Shown piece by piece: positions 25,735 through 37,718 of a DNA stretch of 64,000 nucleotides. How positions within the stretch are numbered: the stretch's first letter is position 1; every line of letters begins with the position of its first letter. A program made the position numbers and the translations under genes. This DNA comes from Takakia lepidozioides (lineage: Eukaryota > Plantae > Bryophyta), in assembly GCA_030704615.1 (NCBI GenBank), contig CM060733.1:43896001-43960000 (forward strand). Reading direction: 5' to 3'. The notes under the pieces were generated by a model, which was not told the DNA's origin, ran no database searches, and was given only the letters and a program-made list of their open reading frames with translations.

Positions 25735-28030
25735 AGTTTCCAAGCTATAGCATTGATGGTCTGTCCCGTCGAGACGCCCGTTACTCAGAACGACGTCGCC
25801 TCTTGCGCTCAATTTCCCTCCATTTTCTTGTTCCTTTCTCTGGCTTTCTATTGGCTGTATCCGCTGTGACTGGATTTTAGATTTTATTTTCTTTAGTGGA
25901 CTTTCCCTGCTGGATAGTCCACTAGGATCACACATGTGACAAGAATTTCGCTTTTCTGTACTTGCCGTTTGTTCCATTCCCCTTTTTCCGTATTCATTAA
26001 TGGGCCCGCCTTTCATCCATTTTGACGGCCGTTCTTGTCCTCTTTCTTTATGACACCTATTTTTGCACTTCCTTCTCAGCTGTGTGTCGCGCCCTGACTT
26101 CCACGTGTCTATTTTTAAACTGGTTTCCGTCTTTTCTTCCGTCAGCCATTTTCCTGAAGTTATTGTGTGTCCACCTGTCACTGATTCTATGGATCGTGTA
26201 ACCCAAGTGGGCTGTGTTGAGCTGTGACAGGCTGTGTCATATTGTGGTACGCTGTGATAGGCTGTGATGCACTGTGGTAAGCTGTGATAGGCTGTGACAC
26301 GCGGTGGTAGGCTTTGATAGGCTGTGTTGTGTCGTGCTGGGTTGTGATAGGCTGTGTCACGTTGTGATGGGCTGTGATAGGCTGTGTTTTGCCTTGGTGG
26401 GCTGTGATAGGCTGTGCTTCGCCTTGATGGGCTGTGATAGGCTGTGTTTCGCCTTGATGGGCTGTGATAGGCTGTGTTTCGCCTTGATGGGCTGTGATAG
26501 GCTGTGCTTCGCCTTGATGGGCTGTGATAGGCTGTGTTTCGCCTTGATGGGCTGTGATAGGCTGTGCTTCGCCTTGTCCGCCCGCCCAGGTCATATATGC
26601 TTGGCCTAGCGACAAGTGCTCCATACTCCGTTGGTAACACTGGTACAGCCCGTGATTGCTCTTGCGTTTCAACATGCAAATCATGCTGCAAGGGTTTGTC
26701 ATGGATACCACTGTATCCCTTTAACTTATTGACATTGACTCTTCCCAGCATTTCTTTGTTAATGGTTTGTAACATGGCGGTGTTGTTATCATACATCTTT
26801 TGTATGACATAAGGTCCTTTCCATGGTGATTTAAGCTTAGAAGCTTTAATCTTTCCTTTCTTCTGCAACCATAGAACCAAATCCCCCATCTTAAAAGTCT
26901 TTAACTTGCCTTCATCAAACTGTTCCTTTCTCTTCATCTGTATTCTGGTCATATTATCAGCTGCATCAGCACGTACTTCTTCCACATGGTATAATTCATG
27001 TTTCCTGACCTTAATGGAATCTTGCAATTCCATTCTCTTTCCCCATTCCGTTCTCATGGTAGGTAACAGGAATTCCACTGGAAGTAGGGCTTCCATACCA
27101 TAAACTAATTGGAATGGTGTATACTTAGTGGTGACTTTATATGCAGTCCTGTATGACCACAAAGCTGTTAGCAGCTTTGTATCCCAATCCGTTCTGTTTG
27201 CATTGACTATCTTAGCCAAGATAGTACATAGTATTTTGTTGGTAGCCTCTGCCTGCCCATTACCCTGTGGGTAATATGTTGTACTCTTTCTATGCACAAT
27301 CATGAACTCTTTAGTCAACAACTCAATGGTCTCATTCATGAAGTGACTTCCCTGATCACTGATAAATTCTAAGGGACAGCCAAATCGTGTAAGTATGTTC
27401 TCATACAGGAACCTTGCTGTGGACTTGGCTGTGTTGTCCCTCAAAGCTTTAGCTTCCACCCACTTCGTAGTATAATCAGTGGCTGTAATTATGTACCTGT
27501 TTTGTGTATTCTTGGCTGGTGGGTTAATTGGTCCAACAAAGTCTAGTCCCCATTTCTGAAATGGTTCCGTAGGCATTGTAGGATGCAAGGCCATCCTTCC
27601 AGATCTCTGCAAAGGTCCTAGCCTCTGACATTCATCACAACTCTGACAATACTCGTGTACATCTTTGAACAAAGTAGGCCACCAGTAACCTACGAGTAGT
27701 ATCTTCCTACTAGTAGTCTCTTCTCCAAAATGACCTCCAGCCACTCCTTTATGAACTTCCTCCATAACTTTATTTACTTCATGGTGGTACAAGCATCGTT
27801 TTAGTACTCCATCAGGTCCTAGCTTATACATTCTGCTTCCTACCATAGTATAAGGTAAAGATTTGATAGCGATTATCTTCCTCTGCTCCTTACCATAACT
27901 AGGTGGGCACTGACCATGAGCAAGGTAGTATCTGATTGGCCACTGCCAATCTAACCAGTCATCTGCACTTCCCTGCACCTCCACTGCAAATAGACTTGCA
28001 TCTGGTAATTGATCATCTATTCCTGTGGCT
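25735..28030 (-). CDS. pol: Gypsy integrase (H2C2 zinc finger, rve core) with repetitive C-terminal extension; 5' truncated
   Basis: [10 protein letters not shown]...[34 protein letters not shown]; no chromodomain seen. Confidence 0.9.
26200..26580. repeat. 30-bp tandem repeat (10-aa RRNTAYHSPS unit) downstream of the integrase core
   Basis: GGGCTGTGATAGGCTGTG(T/C)TTCGCCTTGAT repeated; fewer and more diverged units at 46230-46480. Confidence 0.9.
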
Positions 28031-30238
28031 GGTTTGTAGTGTGAGTGCAGGGGGTAAAAATTCAAGTTTTTGTTTGGCATCAGGTTTCGGCACTTCTACA
28101 AAGGGAGTGCCCTTCGTGCTAATGAAGGGGAGGAATTGTCCATAACTTGAGGTAATTCCATGGAAAGACTATGCTATTGATCTGCCAAGAACAAAATATG
28201 GCTAAGTTATGACATGCACCTTTTTCATCCCTAGGATGAATGATTTTCATCCATGATGTTGAACCCTAGAAGCAGGATGTGAAATTCGAAGGGGAAGAGT
28301 GCGTGTATCTTTTCGCAGCTGCTGCAGTGGTGTTGGCAGCACAGGATATCTGAGAAAGTTCCACCTACACAAAGGGTATCAGCTTGCTTTTAAGAGAAAT
28401 GTTAAGAGCTCCTGCTTGGCTTTCTGTGCAAGAAGAAGCGGTGCCGCCTTCTTCGTAAGCAATGATCAAACCTGAGGGATCAGGTTTGAGATAAGGGCGG
28501 TGCACCACTACTGTCGCCATTGTCTTGATGAGCACATTAATGAGGAGATGGAGCGGCTCAGCAGGTGTTGGGGGATGAGAAATGCAGGCTGGTGTGTATA
28601 GCGCCTCAGGTTGTCTGTGATCAAATCTTGTAGCTGCTGTCTATTTTTGAGCTTTAGGACCAGATCACTTTGAAGGGAATCAGCTTGCCTTAAAGAGCGA
28701 CGTTAAGGGATCTGGCTTGGCATTCTGTGCAAGAGGAAGCGGTGCCGCCTTCTGGTGTGTATGGTGCTTAAGCTATCTATAATTAAGTTTTGTATCTGCT
28801 CTCTGTCTTAAAGGCTGTAGGACCAGATCACTTCATAGGGAAGAAATGCACATGTAGAAGGATAGGGTAGAGGTTGGCAGGCACAAGGATGTGCCAGCAG
28901 CTGAAGCAGAGCCGTCATGCCTTAATGAGGACTGGAATCACGATAAGAAGAAACGTCGGAAATGGCTGACGAGGGAGAGGACAAGGTGCCTTCTTGACAG
29001 GCAGACCCACCGCTTCAATGAGTATAAGACAGATAAGTTTGAAGAGTGGCCTCCTCTTTTTGGTGACTTAGAAATCGCTTGTGAAGTTTGGACTGTCTCT
29101 TGTATGTAGTAAGAGACACTGACATGTGAGGAAGAGAAAGAGCTTTGGAAATGGAATGAAGACACTGGACTTCAAACCAGGATGGACTGGAGATGGATGC
29201 ACCTGCTGTTACATTGTACAGTAGGAAAAATGAATGGAACAGGGTTGATTCGTTGCTGGGACAGAATGGTTGCTGCTGTTGTATTCTTGTTCTTTGTTTC
29301 AGCGTCATGAGCTTGTACAAACAATCTAGCCTGGGATGTTGACACATTGCAGTCAATGTGGAACTAGCTTAGTAGGTAGAGGAAACTAGTGAGAGTTAGA
29401 TAGAACTGTTTGGAAACAACAAGAAGGGATGATGTGGATGGGGCAGAAAAACAACATCTGTTTGGGTTTGGATCTGATTCTCAGGGTGCTCTCAGCATGT
29501 GAACCACTGAGGTTCACAGTTGATGGGAAAAAGAGAGCTGTCAGGGTGTGTAAATTGAGACCTGTAGAAGGGTTGAGAGCTGTCTTGGGCAAATGGCTAC
29601 ACTGGGAAAAGTGGGGTGTGAAGCATCTGTCATTGGCAAGAGAGGGACTGATAAAGGGTTGATTATATCTTGTGTGACCAAGGTTGATTTCAATGCTGGG
29701 TGCACTGGATGCTTGGCTGAATGCGCATTGCATTGCATCATAGACATGCTACAGTGGAAAGAGTGAGGAACCTACTCACCCTGAAAGAAAGAGAGAGGGA
29801 GAGAGAAAAGGACATAAGGGAGAGAGCTGACCAGCAAGAGGGGATGGAGAGGAATGGATGATTGGGGCGGTAAGATAAAGAAAGCATGAACCCATGAAGG
29901 GCCAAACTGGTGGGCCTGCAACTCATGGCAGATCTGAGTTGCCTCCTTCCAAATCGTGATCTTATTACAAAGGGGATTCCACTTGTTGCTGACCAAGGGA
30001 ACTGCCCACAAGGGCAGTGGTCATCACTGACGTAGGGCTGGTTGCATCACTGAAGACAACATGGTAACATGGCTGGTGCAGTGTACCAGGGAGAGGATGT
30101 CGTGTAGAAGTAGAACCACGGGTGAAAACAATACAGTCTCCCCATCCATGTCTTCTCTTCCGCTGCGGCGTGGATGAGGATTGTGTGAACTCTGATCATG
30201 AAGGACCTGAGGGAAACCCACACCGAGTGACGATGGTT

Positions 30239-31315
30239 TGTTAGAGGACTGTAGGGGACTTAGACACTTATACGGGATCTGTAGGGTACCCTTAATTTTT
30301 GCACAGACTGAGACAAACAGGAACCTTAGGGGTGACAGCAGCGCACTGTAGAGGGGGTTACATAGCCCACACAGCCGACACAGCAGTCACAGCCCACACA
30401 GCCAACACAGCCCGTCACAGTCGTCACAACCCACACAGCCAACACAGCCCGTCACAGTCGTCACAGCCCACACAGCCGACACAGCCGTCACAGCCCACAC
30501 AGCCAACACAGCCCGTCACAGTCGTCACAGCCCACACAGCCGTCACAGTCGTCACAGCCCACACAGCCCACACAGCCCGTCACAGTCGTCACAGCAGACA
30601 CAGCCCACACAGCCAGTCACAGCCCGGCACAGCCACACAGCCAGTCACAGCCCGACACAGCCAACACAGCCAGTCACCGCTTGACACAGCTGTCACGATA
30701 ATAGGGAACGAAGAGTAGGACAGGGAACGACTGTGGGGAACAACACCAGTGAAGGGAACATGTTAGTTCACATACGACGGTTAGAGAGGGAAACGGTTAG
30801 AACCGCGGATAGGAGGATAAAGGGAAGAACGGGGAATAGGGTTTGGGATCATTATTCGGGGAGGACTTCGGAGACAGGCGGGAGCGGAGATCGGAGAGCA
30901 CGATGAAGGAGAAAGAGGATTAGTAGATGCTTGTTATATGCAAAGCAAGCTAGAGTGATATTGTAGAGAGCAGATTAGAGACATAATGGCTTCGGCCTGA
31001 TACCTGAAAATCATAATCTGATACTTATACGATACAATCACACTGTGTAGAGAGATCTGAGTGAAGCTGTGGATTGAATGGAGGAGTTAAGGAAACCGAT
31101 AAATTGATGAAGCAAACTGATACTTAATTATCAATGGTAAGGTAGCTAAGATGAATGCGGAAAAGGAAACAAATAGGAAACACCCCATGATACACTAGCT
31201 GTAGGTCATGACTGATTGTTCTGCGCGGGCTGAGTACTTAGAGATTTCCAACTCTTCTATCTTGGAGTTTCCGCCTCGGATAGCGAAGGGATGGGTGAGT
31301 AAAAGCCGCGCGACA
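30239..31315 (+). repeat. R1 LTR (5')
   Basis: TGTTAGAGG...GCGCGACA followed by the PBS. Confidence 0.95.
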
Positions 31316-31903
31316 TTTGGCGACCATACTGGGGACCTGGGACATGAACAACCAGATGTGACAGGCATCTGGTGGGATCATGGTGGTTGGACCATTAAAG
31401 AGTTTGAAGTGAATCAAATTCCCTGTGGAACGAAGGAAGAAAGATTGTCCAAACAATTCTTTCAAAGGTTCTTGGAATTGCCAGACGGATGTAAAGAAAA
31501 TATTCTTAAACGAGTGCATGATGCTGATCCAGAATGGGGTCTGGGAAAGAAAGGAGTGATAAAGATTTATCAGGTAGCCTGTAGAGGAAGAGCACGTTGG
31601 TTACCAACATTAGTTTATGTGATAGCGTTGCTATCCATTAAACGAGTAGAGTTTGAAGGCTGGGAAGAAAGAAAGGTGAATGTTTATACTCATATGCATG
31701 AAGAGCTTGTACTGGTAAAGAATTGGATTCCAAAGGATATTTTGTGGATCAAACTCACACCAAGAACAGCTTTTCAGACTGTTTGCCATATGGTTATATG
31801 GTAACGGAGACTTCAAGTATAGCAAGGGTGCATTGAAGCTTGAAAGAAATCCAGGCATATACGAGAGATATTACAGAAGAGAGTTTTGGTTATTGCCACA
31901 TTA
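31208..31903 (+). pseudogene. R1 extra 5' ORF (~230 aa, unknown function), one frameshift
   Basis: Same reading in the second copy (48983-49678 minus), ending YYRREFWLLPH*; precedes gag MSDEREARR. Confidence 0.6.
31318..31335 (+). promoter_or_regulatory. Primer binding site (probably tRNA-Arg type)
   Basis: TGGCGACCATACTGGGGA 2 nt after the LTR end; identical on the minus strand at 49551-49568. Confidence 0.8.
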
Positions 31904-34900
31904 AAAGAAAGAAATGAAAAGACAGGGACATGAGTGATGAAAGAGAAGCTAGACGACAAAGATATTCATCAAAAAGAGAAAGCTATCTGAAAGCTAATTA
32001 TCCATATCTTTGGGAGAGAGGAATAGACATAGGGGAATCATCTGGACCTCTCACACCATCAAGATCAAAAAGTGCATCACCTATACCGGAAGAACTAGAG
32101 TTGGATGCCACTCCTTCTGTTTCTTGCAAGAAAGATTAAGGGAATTGGTACAGGAAGAAGATCAATCACGAGGTGAAAAGATCTGAGGTACATCCTTGGA
32201 TAAAAGACTTGACAGAAAAATTTGATAAGAGTTGGCATGGAACACCAAAAGCAGGAACTCCAGTTTCTGAAGCAGAAGAAGATGAAGAAGGAGATGAGGA
32301 TGTGCAGAGCCAACGGAGAGTTCAGACTCTCCAACACCATTACAGTTGAGTTACATGAGTGAAGAAGAAACCCAAGGGCAGAACTTGGAGGGATGAAAAC
32401 AGAGAGAAGAAATTGGAAGAGGAAGAATATGAAGAAGTAGACCCAACAGCTGAGTTGAGACTACAACCAGGACATCCCAACCCGTTGGACCTGGATCAAG
32501 TGGAGCACTTGGATCACAGGCCAACGAAGGTGTCGGCTCAGGGGGATCAGGCGGGCTGCCTGGATCTGGCTCTGGGGGACAGGGAGTGTGGGTGGTAGTA
32601 GTGCAACTGAAGCTGGGAATACTGTGAATATCGTGGGGCCAGAAGCAGGGGTGCTCAAGGGCACACTTGGTGGAAGATCCACCACAAAAACAACAGGTCC
32701 AGAAGGACCAGCACCAGCAAGGGTGCCAGCACCTGTCAGTGGGCAGAAGGTAGGGCCACAGATGGCGTTACAACCAACACGGGCAAAACCACCCTTCCAA
32801 TATATTCAGGAAAAGGGGATCCCGATGTACACATTAGCCAATTTGAGCACATGTGTATAGTGAACAATGAGAATGGCGATGATGCCAAGATGAGACTGTT
32901 TCTTGTTCACTTATCAAGAAAGCAAGTGAATGGTATGCAAGATTCCCTGATAATCATTTCCTAACCTGGAATGGCTTGAATACAGCATTTCGAAATAGGT
33001 TCAGGACAAGTAAAACTGAGGATGAAGTGTATGGAAGTTTACAACAGCTGAAGCAGAAGAAGCATGAAACTGTGTTGAAGAGTATATGGAGAAGATGGAA
33101 TTGATGATGAAAAAGCTGGCTGCAGTACCAGCACCCGGTTTACAGAAGACTTGGTTTGTGAGTGGACTAAGACCAGAGTTGCAGAAGAAAAGTGGATATG
33201 TTACCCCATAATACAGTGGAGGAGGCATTTGAAACTGCAAACAGAATTGAGCAATTGGGAATGCTCAGGAGAGAGAAAAAGGAAGATGAGGACTCTGAAG
33301 ATGAGTCAGATGAAGAAGAAGAAGAGCAAGAACTAAAAAGAAAGAGTAAGAGAAAGGAAAAGTTGAAGAGGGATAACTATGAGAAAAGATTGGAAGAAAT
33401 CTTGAAGAAGTATGCCACAGAGGCTGCAACACATTGGAGGAAGGGTGTATGTGTGTGCAAAGTGCCAGAATGAAGGCCATACCAACAGAATGCCCATGAA
33501 GGAAGGAAGAAACACTGTACTATCTGTAAAATGGATAACCATTCTACTGAGAATTGTTACTACAACAGAAGGACAGCTGCAAGAGAACCTAGGCAAGTGA
33601 GGGTGCATCAGGTGCAGCCCCAGCCAAGAAGAAGCAATGATCAGGACCACTATGGTAGGTCTGGTGGTTATAACAATGGCATGGAAGGGAGAGGTAATTC
33701 AAGAGGGAATTACCAAGGAAATTCCAGAGGCAACTATCAGGGTAATCCAAGGGGAATTACCAGCCCGGGAATCAGGATTATAGAAATAATCCAAGACCAG
33801 ACCAGGGCGAGGACCCAATGGTGAAGAGCTATGTTACTATTGTAATCAGCCAGGAATCGCAAGGCAGCCTGTTCATTCTGGATAAGACACCAGAATGAGA
33901 TGAGAGCCCTGTGAATGAGGGCCCAGTGGTGGCAGCTCACATGGTTAGGCCATGTGTTGTACCAGAAAGTAAGTACAATGATAGTAACAAGAAGTAAAGC
34001 CAAACTAATACCTCAGTAGAAGAGGAAGAAGAGATGAGCTGGAAGTGGCAATGATATGCCTGAAGATGAAGAGACTTGGAAAGGATGAGAAGGAACTGCA
34101 CAAGGAAGTGGCAGATACTATAAGGGAAATGCAAAAGAGTACGGATATTCCTGTGGCAGATTCCTCTGATTCGGATGGAGAAAAAGAGGGGAGTGGTGAG
34201 AGACAGAAAAAAGAAGATGCAGACATGCAAAGTAATGAAGAGACTTGGCTGAAGTAATATGTCAGACCAAAGCAGAAGAAATTACCATTGGACAGCTATT
34301 AGCTGTGGCACCTATTGTAGGAACAGGCTGTGTTCAGGCAATCAATCGAATTGCCCAAGAGACAGGGAAACACAGACCTGAACAGCAGGGTGACCAGTTT
34401 ATAATGTGAAGCCGGAAGGGCGAGAACCAGTCATGGACTTTGATGATTCTATGCCAGTAATCCAATGAGAATTGGAAGACAGAGAACTAACTGATGTACT
34501 GATAGATGGTGGTTCTGGAGTAAATATCATGACAGACCAATTAAGGAAGAAGCTTGGTCTAAGTAACATGAAACCAGCCCCATTTACAGTACCAATGGCA
34601 GATCAAAGAAGTGTACAGCCATTGGGATTAATAAGAGGAGTTAAGATACAGATACAGAAAATGATCTTTATGATCACAGTACTGTATTAAAAATGGATGA
34701 AGTCATGGAGGCTTACTCCTTATTATTGGGACGTCCGTGGCTGAAACAGGCAAGGGTATTCCATGACTGGAATTCTCAGTTACTAACTGTGAATAATGGG
34801 ATGCACGAGATACAAATTACCACAAAGAAATAGAGATTACCTGCTACAAGAAGACCTCGAGGAGTCAGAGAGTATGACTGGAAGGGGGAGGACTGGATGA

Positions 34901-36349
34901 GGAGCAGGAAGCTACCTATTTGCTGCACACCCAGAATGGGAGCAGGTTGCAGAAGATGCGGCTGGAAAGCCTAAGTTGTTTGAGAGGTATTGCTGTGGTT
35001 GAGTGACAGCAACACAAATAAGAAGAAGAAAACAGCATTTACCCATCACATTTCTATGAAGAAAGAGAAGGAGAAATAGAAATCCTAGAGAGAACCAGCC
35101 ACTGTGAGCTACAGGATGAAGTGGTGACCGTTGGACAATCACAGCTGATGAGCAGTGAGAGAAGTAAATGTGGGAACTCAGGAGGAACCGAGGATGGTGA
35201 AAGTAGGAGCTGATTTGGAGCGGAATTCTTCGAAGAAGCAAAAAGCTTGTTCATCAAATACAAAGATGTATTTGCTTGGAGCTATGAGGATCTAAAAGGG
35301 ATACCACCTGAAGTCTGTCAGCATAAAATTGAACTGGAACCAGGGTCAGTACCAATCAAGCAGGGCGGTATAGAATGAATCCCAACGACGCACAGAAGGT
35401 GGAGAAGAATTAAAGATAGAAGTTGGTGATGAGGCTGAGGCTAAGATAATACCCAATAGAGTATACAACTTGGTTGTCACCCATTGTTATAGTTCCAAGA
35501 AGATGGCAAACTAAGAGTATGTGTGAACTATAAGAAGCTGAATGCTTGTACGAAGAAAGATCCTTTCCCTTGCATTCACAGAAGCAGTATTGACACTGTG
35601 GCAGGCATGAGATGTACTCATTCATGGATGGCTTCAGTGGAGTGGTCTATAATCAAGTGCAAGTGGCAGGAAGAAGACCAAGGGAAGGGAAAACAGCTTT
35701 CATCACAGACTGGGGGGCTTATGCATACAAAAGTCATGCCCTTGGGCTTTGTAATGCACCAGCGACCTCAGAGAGTGATAAGTGAATCTTTTCAAGAGTA
35801 AGAGTTCATGCAGGTGTTTTTGGATGATTCAGTGTGTAAGCTCTAAAATGACACTTGAATAAATTGGAGTTATGCTGGCCAGATGAGGATGAGAGGTCTG
35901 GGCTTGACCCAGAGAAGTGTACTTTCTGTGTGAATAAGGGGTGCTTCTGGGACACATTGTGTGTAAGAAGGGACTCCTTGTGGATCCCAGGAAGACAGAG
36001 TCCATTAAGCCTCTCCACCACCAGTGAATGTTAAGAGTTTAAGGAGATTCCTTGGGCAAACCAGTTATTACAGAAGATTGTCAAAAGGTATGCACAAATA
36101 GCAGCACCATTGAGCAAGCTTCTGAAGAAAGATGCAGTGTTTGCATGGACAGCTGAATGTCACAGGCGTTTGAGGAACTTACCTGTCAGTAACACAAAAC
36201 AAAACTACACTGTGCTGATCAACCCTCACTGGCATGTAGTATTTATGTCACTGCGATGCATCAGGAGAAGCGTTGGGGCGGTGTGAGCCCAGAATGTTAC
36301 AGGGAATATAGATTCACCTGTGTACTATGCTAGCCGGTTGATGAACAGT

Positions 36350-36849
36350 NNNNNNNNNNNNNNNNNNNNNNNNNNNNNNNNNNNNNNNNNNNNNNNNNNN
36401 NNNNNNNNNNNNNNNNNNNNNNNNNNNNNNNNNNNNNNNNNNNNNNNNNNNNNNNNNNNNNNNNNNNNNNNNNNNNNNNNNNNNNNNNNNNNNNNNNNNN
36501 NNNNNNNNNNNNNNNNNNNNNNNNNNNNNNNNNNNNNNNNNNNNNNNNNNNNNNNNNNNNNNNNNNNNNNNNNNNNNNNNNNNNNNNNNNNNNNNNNNNN
36601 NNNNNNNNNNNNNNNNNNNNNNNNNNNNNNNNNNNNNNNNNNNNNNNNNNNNNNNNNNNNNNNNNNNNNNNNNNNNNNNNNNNNNNNNNNNNNNNNNNNN
36701 NNNNNNNNNNNNNNNNNNNNNNNNNNNNNNNNNNNNNNNNNNNNNNNNNNNNNNNNNNNNNNNNNNNNNNNNNNNNNNNNNNNNNNNNNNNNNNNNNNNN
36801 NNNNNNNNNNNNNNNNNNNNNNNNNNNNNNNNNNNNNNNNNNNNNNNNN
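36350..36849. other. Assembly gap (500 N)
   Basis: Run of N. Confidence 1.
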
Positions 36850-37718
36850 TCTCTGTGCTGTTGTGCCCCTTCCTGCACATGAGCCTTGGGAAACATTATC
36901 ATGCGGAATCCGTGAAGCCAGTGGATCCGCCACTACAGTCTTTTCTCTCTCTCTTGCCTCTTAGTCTCGGGTTGCTCTGCTAGTCCACCCTCACTGTGTG
37001 AAGAGCCTTGCTCTTCCATTGCAGTGGTTTCTGGCTCAAACACTCCCATCTCCTTTCTTTCTTGCGCATCAAGTATGCCAGAATCAAGAATTATTTGAGC
37101 AATGATTGGGTCAATGAAGATTCTGATACAACTGTTTCTTCACCGAATTCTTTTGACATGGGAGAAGACTATGCAATTCAGATGGCAGAGGAAGAAGCGA
37201 CGGGGGTCCCTATGCCTGAAAGGTTACCTCGATATCAGCCTCCAGAGGGCCTCACTTATCGAGGTAGTGATCAAACATCTGAGGTTTGCTATTTCATGAG
37301 CATGAGCGGCATGAGCGGAGTAGTAGACTACAAGGTTTTCATGAGCAGCAAGTACAAATTTCGAAAATAAAAATCAATAAAAAACAATAATTTAATGCAA
37401 TGTGTCTAGGAAAAACAATTATATTTATCGGCCCTTGAAGGGAAAATTGCAGTTTTGACAGTTGTGCTCATGATATTTCGTCTTCCGCTCATGCCAATTC
37501 CCAGCGACATGTGCAAATATGGCGCCGAATTTCGCGGTAATAGGGTCCGTAACCTGAAAAACGGCGACGTATTTCGCGGTACTAGGTCTCTCTGGCGAAA
37601 AATGGTGCCGAATTCCGCGGCTATAGGTCCCCTCATGACAGGTATTCGGCGGCCATTTTTCCAGTGCATGTTCGGACTTAGCCAGTTCGGACTTAGCATG
37701 TTCGGACGTGCAACTCAC

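Larger units (their letters stand above)
21015..28030 (-). mobile_element. R1 gypsy 3' half: integrase, extra ORF, PPT, 3' LTR
   Basis: LTR 21015-21928, PPT at about 21929-21945, integrase ORF. Homology to the 46-48 kb copy stops at about 28030. Confidence 0.9.
30239..36349 (+). mobile_element. R1 gypsy 5' half: LTR, PBS, extra 5' ORF, gag, PR, RT, RNase H; runs into the gap
   Basis: LTR 30239-31315, PBS, protease VLIDGGSGVN, RT and RH motifs (KYKDVFAW, TTWLSPIVIVP, MPLG, FLDD, CDASG, VYYASR), many 1-nt indels. Confidence 0.9.

Noticed and set aside
32000-36349. Dense frameshifts as a biological signal
   Set aside because: Mostly single-base losses increasing toward the gap, consistent with low-quality contig-end sequence.
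36314-36964. ORFs spanning X runs
   Set aside because: Artefacts of the N gap.
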